This document shows, one piece after another, positions 22,491-32,805 of a DNA stretch of 64,000 bases. Position numbers and translations under genes: made by a program. Under the pieces are notes generated by a model. The model was not told the DNA's origin and ran no database searches. It worked only from the letters and a program-made list of their open reading frames with translations. The first letter of the stretch is position 1, and each line of letters opens with the position of its first letter. This DNA is from an uncultured Nitrososphaeraceae archaeon (GTDB lineage: Archaea; Thermoproteota; Nitrososphaeria; Nitrososphaerales; Nitrososphaeraceae), in assembly GCA_963837175.1 (NCBI GenBank), contig CAWIMJ010000057.1, positions 160,001 to 224,000 of the forward strand. Direction: 5' to 3'.

Positions 22491-22907
22491 GTGCAATGCA
22501 TGTCTAAGCACGAACTATCTCTTGAAGATGCTCAAAGAAATAGAGAGAAATGTCGTAAGATCCTTGATTTATCAATAAAGATACGGTATGTTGCAGTAGT
22601 AAACAAATTCGGCAGAACTTTGGCTGGACAGTTACGTATTGGAATAATACCATTATTGCAAGCCGATGAAGTCAGAAATGAGTGTTTTATAGAGGCAACA
22701 AGGTTTCAGCTACGAAAAAACTTCGAATCTTCCATAGGAAAAACTGAATTTACTCTAACCGAAAATGCAAAGGTCAAAACTCTCACTTTAGCCAATCATA
22801 ATAATAATAATTATTATTATATCACAATAGAGAAAGATACAATAGAGCCCGATCTCGAAAATATCATAAAATCTGTCATGACATTCCTAATCAATCTGAA
22901 TGATTAA
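22491..22907 (+). CDS. Thaumarchaeal roadblock-like hypothetical protein (DUF6659-like)
   Basis: IRYVAVVNKFGR...G pattern typical of this expanded family, recognised from memory. Confidence 0.7.
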   Translation: MQCMSKHELSLEDAQRNREKCRKILDLSIKIRYVAVVNKFGRTLAGQLRIGIIPLLQADEVRNECFIEATRFQLRKNFESSIGKTEFTLTENAKVKTLTLANHNNNNYYYITIEKDTIEPDLENIIKSVMTFLINLND

Positions 22908-23000
22908 ATTATTGTCTAATATTTAATACTTAGATTTTATGTATATTGACTTATATCTTGAGGAGGCAGGCCTATACCATATTTTAGTAGGAAGAGATTT

Positions 23001-23459
23001 TTATTTTGCAAAAGCCTTGAGCTTGCCACGCATTTCCTTATCTTTGGAAATAGATGGATGATTTGGATATGCGAGTACTATTTCATACCAAAGATACATT
23101 CCATCTTTGTACAAATAGTAAGAACCTAATACTTCCAAGTTTGGAAATATTTCGTTGACTCTTCTTTCTGCCACTTTTCGCATACTTATTCCCTGTTTAA
23201 TATGAACTACACCAATATGTTTAGGTCGCCTACCTGCTACAGGCCTCTGCTTTCTCATTCCACCTCTTCCTACTCTTGCACGAACTACAATGATACCTTG
23301 TTTAGCTTTATAACCTAACCTACGAGCGCGATCAATTCTACTTGGTCTTCGAATTTTAATAATGGCCGGCTCTCCTCTCCAAAGAACAGCTTTGGACTTT
23401 AGTTCATCACTATTTAACTTCCACATATTTGTCCAGGTATCAGCCATATAACTTCGCAT
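23001..23459 (-). CDS. rpl15e: 50S ribosomal protein L15e
   Basis: RARRLGYKAKQG, VAERRV, NLEVLGSY. Confidence 0.96.
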   Translation of the reverse strand: MRSYMADTWTNMWKLNSDELKSKAVLWRGEPAIIKIRRPSRIDRARRLGYKAKQGIIVVRARVGRGGMRKQRPVAGRRPKHIGVVHIKQGISMRKVAERRVNEIFPNLEVLGSYYLYKDGMYLWYEIVLAYPNHPSISKDKEMRGKLKAFAK

Positions 23460-23797
23460 AGCAAATGGCTATTAAAGCGCCCTTAATATTTGTATATTGT
23501 GATCGTAATCGTAAAACTACTGTGATACTTTAGATATTTTATCATTGATGATAAGTATTTTCTGAGATTTAAGAAGTGTCAAAGTCCCCGTTGTTATTAT
23601 ATATGTCATTAATAAAAAAGCCTTCTTACGTTTGAATGAGTTAAGAAGTATATCATAATTATTAACTCCTACATTAACAGTAAGATTTCAAACCATTTAC
23701 TTTATATTAAATATCTCTTATTTTGTAATTCTGACTACAGAGTAGAAAAACGTAATGCTCAACATATTTTTTTAATAGCTTATTGATTTAGCTTGAT

Positions 23798-24754
23798 CTA
23801 AATAATACCACGAGTTATTTGTATAATTTTTTCTGCAATTACGATCGACGCGAGTTGCTGCGCCTCTTTTGTTTGGGCACCTATGTGCGGAGTACAAATC
23901 ACGTTTGGAAGGCCTATAAGAAGCTTATTTATTGGCGGTTCTGTTTCAAAAACATCCAATGCCGCACCAGCAATACTCCTATTCAATAGGGCGTTATAGA
24001 GAGCGTTTTCATCAATTATACCTCCACGTGAAGCATTAATTATATAAGCAGATGGTTTCATATTGGAGATTAGTTCTGAATTAAATAGATGCTTTGTTTC
24101 TTCTAATAGAGGAACATGGCAAGTAATAAAGTCGGAACTTTGGATCAATGTGTTGAGATCAGTTACAATTAAGCTGACTTCTTTGATATAATCGCGGTCT
24201 ATTGGATACGGGTCGTATCCGATTATATTCATTCTTAATCCTTTTGCAATACGTCCCACATTCCGACCTATATTTCCAACGCCAACAATACCAAGATATT
24301 TACCGCTTAGCTCTGTGCCCATTAAATCCTTCTTTATCCAATTTCCTCTCTTCATTTCATTGTCTGCATAAGGAATACTTCGAGCAAGAGATATCATATT
24401 ACCTATAGTAAGTTCTGATACGGCGGTGATGGCTGCCTCAGGCGCATTGATAACTCGAATTCCTTTCTCTTCTGCTGCGGATACGTCTATATTATCAAGA
24501 CCTACTCCTGCCCTCGCTATAATTTTTGCCTTAGTTGCTGCTTGAATAACTTGTCTAGTGATTTTGGTTCGACTTCTAACTATAATGACTTGATACTCTT
24601 TAACAATAGCGAGTAATTCGTCTGTTAAGATGTTGGGTTTGTAATCAACTTTCATGGATGCTTTTTTTAAAATGTCAATTCCTGTCTGATTGATCGAATC
24701 ACAAATAAGAACACTTCCGCTTACTTGCACACTCGTTGGGCAATGGTGTAGCAA
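23798..24754 (-). CDS. serA: D-3-phosphoglycerate dehydrogenase family, short form (start probably downstream of 24754)
   Basis: VRSRT, RAGVGLDNID, GVGNIG, INASRG, TPHIGAQT. Confidence 0.88.
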   Translation of the reverse strand: MLHHCPTSVQVSGSVLICDSINQTGIDILKKASMKVDYKPNILTDELLAIVKEYQVIIVRSRTKITRQVIQAATKAKIIARAGVGLDNIDVSAAEEKGIRVINAPEAAITAVSELTIGNMISLARSIPYADNEMKRGNWIKKDLMGTELSGKYLGIVGVGNIGRNVGRIAKGLRMNIIGYDPYPIDRDYIKEVSLIVTDLNTLIQSSDFITCHVPLLEETKHLFNSELISNMKPSAYIINASRGGIIDENALYNALLNRSIAGAALDVFETEPPINKLLIGLPNVICTPHIGAQTKEAQQLASIVIAEKIIQITRGII

Positions 24755-25217
24755 TATAATTATTACTAGTAAAGCTTTCTATATTGTGAGAAATTATGAC
24801 AAACTAATTATCCAATTCTTACTTATAAAGAGAACGTTTTTGTTAAATTTTAATTTGGACCTCTTAAATTAGAAGTAGATACAAAAAATAAATACGAGTA
24901 GGTATTACTCGATACTAATATTCTCTAATTTAATTAATCTGTTATTAGCTTGTAATTGCATTCTCTAGAATGGTCATTAATTCAGAATAATATTAAAAGA
25001 TATTTAATTTTATTAGATATTGTTTGTACTGTTGAGATAGATGTGAATTATCTAATGGTTCAAAGGTAGTGCATATCTAAAAATTAAGTCGGTATAACTA
25101 TTATAGCAATGTAAGGGAGTAAAGCTTAGAGATAGAATGGGTTGACTAGATAGCGATCTTCAAAGTTGATATTAACAACAACATCACCGAAAATACTATC
25201 GAGTAAATAGAGACTAT

Positions 25218-25295
25218 GATTAGGATGATGACTATTACATTACAATATATCAAGAAAAAGGGATGTTTGATAGATATACTGGACTTTGACTAATC
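25218..25295 (+). ncRNA. Candidate box C/D sRNA
   Basis: Stem GATTAG/CTAATC, perfect C box ATGATGA at 25225, variant D box TTGA at 25286, T-run downstream; guide targets not identified. Confidence 0.4.
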
Positions 25296-25437
25296 CCGTT
25301 TTTCATTTTTATTTTATACAAATTAAAGAGAAGCATCTATATACAAAAGAAATTAAATTATGGTATTTGTAATCACAAAAATTATTTTATTATGAAAATT
25401 TATATGTATTTTTGGCTATACTCAAGCTTTGCCTATA

Positions 25438-25932
25438 TCATATGATTTCGGACCAATAACTTTCAGAATATTTATTTGAACCCTCTTCGCCTCCATTTAT
25501 TGGTTTATCATCTTTACTACCGATGAATTTAGCTGAACTAACATTTGCCATCGTCACTTCGAATATACCCGTGTCTCCTTTTTCTAATTTATTCAATCTC
25601 TTATTCATTTCTGCTGCTATTACGTCCTTTGGTAGACCGTTATGACTCATCTGATTATGTGCTTCGATCATTAATTTGAGAGCATCATCTATAGAAATTC
25701 TATCTTCTTCATAAGATGAAGATATTCTTCTACAAATTGCATTGGCCTGCGTGTAAATTTGCTTATGTTCGCATTGGGTATTTTTCTTTATCATATTTCT
25801 AAGCATAGCACGCCTCTTTAAGTTTATTATTACCAATTTGTTGTATCGCTTTCGAAGAGCAGTATTATTATTTGCTAACTGGTTACCTCTAGAGGAAGGT
25901 ATGATATGCGATTTTCGATTCATTGAGATCAA
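25438..25932 (-). CDS. Hypothetical protein
   Basis: 164-aa ORF in AT-rich DNA; no motif recognised. Confidence 0.6.
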   Translation of the reverse strand: MISMNRKSHIIPSSRGNQLANNNTALRKRYNKLVIINLKRRAMLRNMIKKNTQCEHKQIYTQANAICRRISSSYEEDRISIDDALKLMIEAHNQMSHNGLPKDVIAAEMNKRLNKLEKGDTGIFEVTMANVSSAKFIGSKDDKPINGGEEGSNKYSESYWSEII

Positions 25933-26027
25933 TTTTTGATAGGATGCTTTTGATATATTGGTTTTAGTATTCCAATTGTGAAATTTCTTATTACTATTAT
26001 AATGATATATAGTTGACGTTTTTTCAA

Positions 26028-26489
26028 TTAGAATTTTGATTTTGATATGATCTCACCGGTTACGTGGTCCACATAATATCTCTTCTGGTTTTGTTTATTT
26101 TTAACTTCCCAGGCAAAATGATTTCCAGTGGTAACTGTAGGCTCTGTAGTAGCAAGATATCGTCCTATTGAATTTGAAGAAATGTCAGATTTATAGATAG
26201 TTCCATCTCCTTTAATATATACATAATTTGTTGAAAAGTCATTTAACTTATTCTGCGTTAAGTTTTCTTGTTTAAGTATAATTGAGACTGCAGTCTGTGA
26301 GGAAATTGGTAATTGATTCAGTGAAGGTCGAGTTAAGGAATCTTGTAATGCTAAGTATGTTAACAGCATCACTCCTACACCAACCGATATTGACACAATC
26401 ATTTTCTTGTTTACCATTGTTCGATATATATGTGATAAATATGCTTTATCAAATATTGTTATGTTGTTAGTTTGCGATGAGAATGACAA
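26028..26489 (-). CDS. Membrane-anchored protein with PepSY-like C-terminus (probable start at MVNKK)
   Basis: TM helix; AWEVK...YYVDHVTGEII pattern. Confidence 0.65.
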   Translation of the reverse strand: MSFSSQTNNITIFDKAYLSHIYRTMVNKKMIVSISVGVGVMLLTYLALQDSLTRPSLNQLPISSQTAVSIILKQENLTQNKLNDFSTNYVYIKGDGTIYKSDISSNSIGRYLATTEPTVTTGNHFAWEVKNKQNQKRYYVDHVTGEIISKSKF

Positions 26490-26749
26490 ATAGTTCTTAA
26501 AAAGCTAAGACTGACCTACAAATCTGTTACTGCCTTTTAAAAAGAAAAAAATTTCTCATGATGGTATTTATGTTTCTCCTATAGTGGGATATTTCCAATA
26601 TGTTGTTTTATTACTTGCATGTTATCACCGATTTTTTCCATCCATCTTAATAGATGAATCTTTGATATCTTTCAAAAGTGATGTTCATCGCTATATTTTA
26701 TGAAAGGTTATTTAAAATAGTATAAATTAGATGAAACAACATTTATATG

Positions 26750-28156
26750 TCAAGGAGATTTTAAGCCAATAATATTTTCCTGAGAAAGAGCCTTATCAAT
26801 TTCTTCTTCTTTCATCAAACCCGTGCTTAAAACTAATTCTTTTATAGTCTTATTTGCTTTTGATGATTCCTTATATATTTCTGCCGCATTTTTATAACCA
26901 ATATACGGAGTTAGCAGTGTAACAAGTATTGGGCTTTTTTCTACATATGACTCCAATTTTTTCCTATTATCCTTTAAACCATCAATCATATTGGACGCGA
27001 AAATAGGAAGGAAGTTCTTCAGCATATCTGTCGAATCCAAAACACATTTTAACATTCCCGGTAGCATTACATTGAGCTCAAATTGTCCAGCTTGTGCGGC
27101 CATTGCCACGGAAACATCATTACCTACTATATTAAAGCAAATCATATTAAGACATTCAGCAAGAGAAGGATTGACTTTTCCTGGCATAATAGAAGAACCT
27201 GCATGAACTGCAGGTATCAGGATTTCTGCAAAACCAACAATTGGCCCTGAGGCCATCAATCTTAAATCATTTGCCATTTTGATCAGCTCTAATGCGAGAT
27301 TGCGAAGAGCAGAGGAGCAGTTAGCTATATCATATTTGCTCTGTAAAGAGTAATACATATTTGGAGATGGTTTCAACTCTAAGTGGGAAGTTTTAGAAAG
27401 ATAATCTATAGCCATCTCCTTATACCCCTTAGGAGCGTTAACCCCAGTCCCAACCGCGGTAGCTCCAAGTCCGACGTATTGCAAATCCTCTATGACTTTA
27501 ATTATCTTTTGTTTTGACTGTCCTAGGGAATAAGCATATTCTTGAAATTCACTTCCAAGTGTTACAGGTATGGCATCCATCAAATGAGTTCTACCAATCT
27601 TTATTATATTGCGGAACTCTTCTGCTTTATTAAATAATGATTGAATGAGTTTATCGAGCGCTGATACAGCCTCCTTGATGTTAAATAGGATGGCCACATG
27701 CATTGCTGTTGGAAAAGTATCATTGCTCGACTGTGACATATTGACATGGTCGTTTGGATTGATTACTTCATATTCTCCTTTTTTATTTCCTAAAATTTCC
27801 AATGCTCTGTTTGCAATTACTTCATTTGAATTCATATTAAATGCAGTTCCTGCTCCTGAATTTATCGATTCAACAACGAACTGATCAATTAATTTGCCTG
27901 AGAGAATCTCTTCACAAGCTCTTATAATTGCATCTGCCTTAGTTATATCAAGAACATGGAGCGCTTTATTAGCTTGCGCCGCCGACATCTTAATCATTGC
28001 ATATGCCTTGATAAGATTTAGGTGCGCTCTCTGACCAGTAACCTTATAATGCTTCATAGCTCGTGCTGTAAACGGACCAAAATAAGCATCTATTGGAACC
28101 CTTATCTCGCCTAATGAATCGGTATCAATTCTAAAACCTGACATCTCGCTGGCCAC
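26750..28156 (-). CDS. fumC: Class II fumarate hydratase / aspartate ammonia-lyase family
   Basis: GSSIMPGKVNP signature, SQSSNDTFPTA, KIGRTHLMDA. Confidence 0.85.
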   Translation of the reverse strand: MASEMSGFRIDTDSLGEIRVPIDAYFGPFTARAMKHYKVTGQRAHLNLIKAYAMIKMSAAQANKALHVLDITKADAIIRACEEILSGKLIDQFVVESINSGAGTAFNMNSNEVIANRALEILGNKKGEYEVINPNDHVNMSQSSNDTFPTAMHVAILFNIKEAVSALDKLIQSLFNKAEEFRNIIKIGRTHLMDAIPVTLGSEFQEYAYSLGQSKQKIIKVIEDLQYVGLGATAVGTGVNAPKGYKEMAIDYLSKTSHLELKPSPNMYYSLQSKYDIANCSSALRNLALELIKMANDLRLMASGPIVGFAEILIPAVHAGSSIMPGKVNPSLAECLNMICFNIVGNDVSVAMAAQAGQFELNVMLPGMLKCVLDSTDMLKNFLPIFASNMIDGLKDNRKKLESYVEKSPILVTLLTPYIGYKNAAEIYKESSKANKTIKELVLSTGLMKEEEIDKALSQENIIGLKSP

Positions 28157-28639
28157 TAGTGACGAATCATTAATAAATCAATCGACAGCTATTGTTTTCC
28201 ATATGCTTGCTTAACCTTCGCCTTTGGTTATGAATAACAAATCACAATTTCGGTGCTTGCTTTTCAATAACTATTATGGATGAGTACAAAACAGTCAATG
28301 GTGATAATACTTTCACCTGACTTTTTTTTGATGTCATCAGTTACAGTCTCTTCCAATAGCTTATCAGCCAGTTTGGTTTAAGCGTATCTGAATCCTCACA
28401 ATCTATCTAGTATTGTAATTTTATTAATGAATTCACTGCTTTTCCATCTTAATGCTTTGGCAAAGAGGTGAGCAATTTTGTATATCAAAAAATGTCGGCA
28501 TTGTCTATAGATATCACTTTATTCTCGATAGTTACTTTTAAGGCGGTGCACATGGATGGATAACCTTTAATTATTCTTGTTTTGTTGTAATAGATTCCAA
28601 TATTTGGATCAAATCAGCATTTATTTATCAACAATAACT

Positions 28640-29331
28640 GGCTCTGTTCACTTAACAATAAATCTATAGCTCAAGACGCTCCACTTCCTTGTTATATGGT
28701 TATATTAGAAAGAAGTAGAACGCCTTCAAAATATGTTTATTATGCATTACACTTATACTTTTCAGGTCTTTCACTAAGGAAAACATCCCAAAATCTAGCT
28801 CCATTTATTAAAAGAAATCATGTCTCTATATGGAATTGGATTCAGCGGTACAGACCAGAAAAAATATTTCAAAAGAAAAGTATCAGAGTATCTGAATTCA
28901 TTATAGATGAAACTCTAGTTAAAGCAGGTAATGAATACGTATGGCTATGGATTGCAATTGAACCATTAGATAGGAAAATCCTGGGTATTCGTATTTCATA
29001 TAGAAAGAAACATGCTTATTGCAGAACAATTCCTTCAGAATTTAATTAGAAAATATGGAAAACATAGAATATCAACCGACGGTAGTGGTACTTGGTATCA
29101 ACCTCAAGCCTGCAAATTCCTGAATATGAATCATCATCTTTATTCCTCATATGAGAAAAGCATCATCGAAAGAACAATTCAATACATAAAGGATAGAACT
29201 GAAAGTTTTGATGATTATTTTCCATGTACTAAAGAGAAATGTAAATTAAAGCATATAATGAATTGGTTTAATATGTTTGTTAATATGCATAACAAGGAGA
29301 TTGAAAAAAGATTGTAGTTAACTGAAGAGCC
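28640..29331 (+). mobile_element. IS6-family insertion sequence, 692 bp
   Basis: IRL GGCTCTGTTCACTTAAC (28640-28656), IRR GTTAACTGAAGAGCC (29317-29331), 8-bp direct repeat CAATAACT at 28632-28639 and 29332-29339. Confidence 0.92.
28696..29317 (+). pseudogene. IS6/IS240-type DDE transposase with a +1 frameshift at ~29000
   Basis: SGLSLR, HVSIWNWIQ, IDET, WLWIAI, STDG, IERTIQYIKDRTESFDDYF; the two ORFs join after removing one base. Confidence 0.88.
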
Positions 29332-29886
29332 CAATAACTAGACCAAATGCTTAATTATCAATATAGAACAGGTGTGTATTTGAAGAAAGGAAGTGAGCAA
29401 AGTTATACTATCTGACAAAAAAGGAATACGACAAATAATAATATTTGACGACAGGAATAGCGATGTATTTAGTCAGATGGAGAACAAAATGCTAAAAGAC
29501 TGTAATAGCGGAATTATAGTAAAACAATGGATTATGGATGAATATACAGAAAGCTAACTTATCTTACAACCCTTGAATAAAACGTCATAGTTTATTTTAT
29601 GGTAGACTTAATCGCTCTCGCAGATCTATAGCTTAAAAAATAGTATGGATAATGAAACCCAGAATTTTAACTTCAATATATTTGAATGAATAAAGTCTTC
29701 CTAAAGGCTGTTAAGCATTATAATATTTTTTTGCAATCATCACAACTATATATTCTCTAGACGCACTGACTCCATCTACAGTCAGATTTATATTTTTGAG
29801 GTTATTTTTACATGAAAATTATAATGCATTTATAAACCACTAGTTTAATCTACTATAAACAATAGGTCTACATATATATATATCCC

Positions 29887-29900
29887 GCCTTTATAAAGGC
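29887..29900. promoter_or_regulatory. Perfect palindrome GCCTTTATAAAGGC between the putative TATA (TA run 29872-29883) and the tbp start
   Basis: Sequence seen directly; regulatory role inferred. Confidence 0.45.
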
Positions 29901-29908
29901 ATTTTAGT

Positions 29909-30472
29909 ATGCCACAAACTAAGCCTATAGTAAGCATAGAGAACGTCGTTGCTTCTGCGACTATAAATCAAACGGTAAACTTAAACTTAATCACTCAGAT
30001 TTTTCCTGACGTTGAATATCATCCGGATCAATTTCCGGGGCTCGTTTTTAGGTTGAAATCACCTAAGACGGCGACTCTAATTTTTAGTTCTGGCAAGATG
30101 GTATGTACGGGAGCAAAGTCTGAAGAGCAAGCCATCAAAGCAGTAAAAAATGTTGTTGTAAAATTAAAAAAGGGAGGCATCCCAATACAACACGAACCGC
30201 AAATAGAAATCCAAAATATCGTCGCCTCTGCGAGCCTCGGTGGAAAAATCCACCTTGAGCTAGCCGCAAGGGTTCTTCCTCGGAGTATGTATGAGCCTGA
30301 ACAGTTCCCCGGTCTAATACATAGAATGCTAGATCCCAAGACAGTAATATTGTTGTTTGCTAGTGGTAAGTTAGTTTGCACCGGAGCGAAAAAAGAAACC
30401 GAGGTATATAGAGCTGTCCATAATCTTCATACATTGTTAGAAGAGAAAAATTTAATGATTTATGAAGGTTAA
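29909..30472 (+). CDS. tbp: TATA-box-binding protein
   Basis: Duplicated NVVAS/NIVAS, Y(H/E)P(D/E)QFPGL, F(S/A)SGKxVCTGAK repeats. Confidence 0.98.
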   Translation: MPQTKPIVSIENVVASATINQTVNLNLITQIFPDVEYHPDQFPGLVFRLKSPKTATLIFSSGKMVCTGAKSEEQAIKAVKNVVVKLKKGGIPIQHEPQIEIQNIVASASLGGKIHLELAARVLPRSMYEPEQFPGLIHRMLDPKTVILLFASGKLVCTGAKKETEVYRAVHNLHTLLEEKNLMIYEG

Positions 30473-31098
30473 TCTGTTTCCAATTCTCGGTCTACTTCTC
30501 TTTGATTTATTATTTCCTCTAGCGTACTTCCCTCCAATAGACCTTTATCATGCAAAACATTAACTAACTCATTAATCGTCGCTATCGAAATAATTCTCAC
30601 GCCTATATTCTGTAAGTTCTCTTCTGCTCCTTCAAGCCTACTAATAATTGCAACTACATCTTTAACAACAGCGCCATTCTCTCTTATGACTCTGATGGCA
30701 TTACTCAACGAGGTTCCTGTTGTTGCCACGTCGTCAATTAATAACACTTTTTCGCCGGGTCTTAAATATCCTTCTACCATTTTACTTCTGCCATAAGGTT
30801 TTGATTCTTTTCTAACATAAACAAGTGGTTTTTGCATTTCATAACCTAGTGCAGAGGCAAATATTAGTCCAGATGTTGGAATGGAACCAAGGGAACCAAA
30901 ATCTGTACCAATTTCTTTGTTTATAGTGTCTCGCAATGCAATTATAGCAAGACGGAAATAGTTAGGGAAGCTTTGTAAGATTCTTAGATCAATATAGTAA
31001 GGGCTTTGCTTTCCACTTGCTAATGTAAATAGTCCAAATTTTAATGAATTGGTTTTAAGAAGAAATAATGCCATTTCTGAAACAAAATTAGTCTCCAC
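30469..31098 (-). CDS. pyrE: Orotate phosphoribosyltransferase
   Basis: FTLASGKQSPYYIDLR, VRKE, LIDDVATTGTS. Confidence 0.95.
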   Translation of the reverse strand: METNFVSEMALFLLKTNSLKFGLFTLASGKQSPYYIDLRILQSFPNYFRLAIIALRDTINKEIGTDFGSLGSIPTSGLIFASALGYEMQKPLVYVRKESKPYGRSKMVEGYLRPGEKVLLIDDVATTGTSLSNAIRVIRENGAVVKDVVAIISRLEGAEENLQNIGVRIISIATINELVNVLHDKGLLEGSTLEEIINQREVDRELETD

Positions 31099-31150
31099 GC
31101 TGTCTTTTGTTATGAAAGAGATTTATTTTAACTGATCATCAATTACTGGC

Positions 31151-32266
31151 ATGCCAGAAATTTGGTTCAAATACGGTACTACGGATATTGTTCTTGATAT
31201 TAAATTTGAAAATCTGCTTAAACATGTGTCATCGGACTATCCGTTGCTAACTGAGGACGAAATTAAATCGGCATTAAAAGATGTCATAATAGGAGAAAAT
31301 ACAATATTTTTGGTGTTATCTGGTTCTAGGGCTATTGCTAAAATCATTACAATACTTTCTCAAATGGCACAGTCTAAAGGTTACGAAAAGACAGCGGTAG
31401 AAGCTTTGTCGAATATCGCAGAACCACTAAGAAGCTACCTTGCAGATACAAAAATATCTTTAAGGCGAATTGATTCTCTCTCCTTACAAGACAGAATCGA
31501 TAAATTTCGAAATGTCATTTTTATCTCGCATGTAAATTATGATCCTCTATTCGGATTCAACGGTACTCCTACACTAGCATTACGAAATTTTATGAAGGAC
31601 AAGATGTATGAAGCATTCAAATCTAGACTAGGCAATCTCCCGGCAGTTGGAGTTAAAGGTACTCCACTTGAAATTGCACTAAGTTATTGCGAAGATATTC
31701 CTGCCTTATCTATTGAAGTTGTAGCAAATTATCATGGTATTGCGGGTATTTATTACGGAAATATTTCACAAAGCTTCAATGATGCAGTTACAAAACTGAG
31801 TGCGATTTCCATAACCAATACAGAATCGACCAAATCTGCAATTATTAGTGTGAGCAACGAAATCGTTCCACACTTAACTCTTGCAAACTCTCTAAATTCA
31901 TTATGGAATTCAAGCCACATAGTTAAAGAAGGTGGATCGATAGTATTGCTTGCTGAAAATAGACAAGGGATTGGTGGAGGAGCGTTACAAATGTTTATTG
32001 AAGGAAAGTTAAAGATAGAAGATGCTAGAACAAGTTCCTCATATATAGATGGTTTAGAACACATCCTTTTCATTGAAGCATTGAAACAGAAATATGACCT
32101 ATGTATCTTATCTTCTATGCCGCAGTATTATCTTAGAACTCTTGGTTTTACAACATATCGAGGTATGAAAGATATTTTACAAGATTTATTAGCCAAGTAT
32201 GGGAAACAACATAAAGTTCTAGCAATATCTGATGCTGAAATAATATTGTTGAAGGCTATATTGTAG
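31151..32266 (+). CDS. LarA (lactate racemase)-like domain protein, divergent
   Basis: PEIWFKYG N-terminus and VKEGGSIVLLAE...GIG C-terminal pattern. Confidence 0.55.
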   Translation: MPEIWFKYGTTDIVLDIKFENLLKHVSSDYPLLTEDEIKSALKDVIIGENTIFLVLSGSRAIAKIITILSQMAQSKGYEKTAVEALSNIAEPLRSYLADTKISLRRIDSLSLQDRIDKFRNVIFISHVNYDPLFGFNGTPTLALRNFMKDKMYEAFKSRLGNLPAVGVKGTPLEIALSYCEDIPALSIEVVANYHGIAGIYYGNISQSFNDAVTKLSAISITNTESTKSAIISVSNEIVPHLTLANSLNSLWNSSHIVKEGGSIVLLAENRQGIGGGALQMFIEGKLKIEDARTSSSYIDGLEHILFIEALKQKYDLCILSSMPQYYLRTLGFTTYRGMKDILQDLLAKYGKQHKVLAISDAEIILLKAIL

Positions 32267-32322
32267 TAAATATCCAATGGCAATAGGATTGTAATTTATC
32301 AGATAATTTAGCTCATTTGGTA

Positions 32323-32480
32323 TCTATCTACAGAATGCAAGGTAGAGGAGCAGGTAAAGAATCCAACTGGCTGCCCTCCCCTGAAGGATCATTCGACCTT
32401 CTTATGCTCATATATTTGCGACAACTACAGTTCTTAACGGAACATGACAACATCCCACAGCACAGCGTACGGCACGATAA
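32323..32480 (+). pseudogene. Remnant of a DUF1214/DUF1254-type protein C-terminus
   Basis: IYLQN..GKESNWLPSPEGSFDL, then frameshifted VLNGT*QHP where W is replaced by a stop. Confidence 0.6.
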
Positions 32481-32805
32481 GGATTGTTACTTGTCCATCT
32501 TCATTAATGGGGCATAACATGATCTCCAAATGGCAGGTCAATACGATCAGCCAATAAAGATCTTCTAAACATTATGATAGACTTTTTTGCATTTTACATC
32601 TTCCTCATTTATTATAATTCTTAGCGCCCAGAAGTTCATATTTCGGAAATAGAATATAAGTAATGTCAAAGAATTAGTAAGAACGATTGTCTGATCACTA
32701 AAAGATTATCCTAATATATATCATTTCATTCTCCCTTTTGCGTGTAAAAAATCCAGAAGGGAGTATTTCATAAGATTAAATATTTGTTTTGTCATAATCT
32801 AATAA

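Noticed and set aside
29393-29557. 54-aa GTG-start ORF downstream of the IS6
   Set aside because: No motif, clear promoter or compositional support
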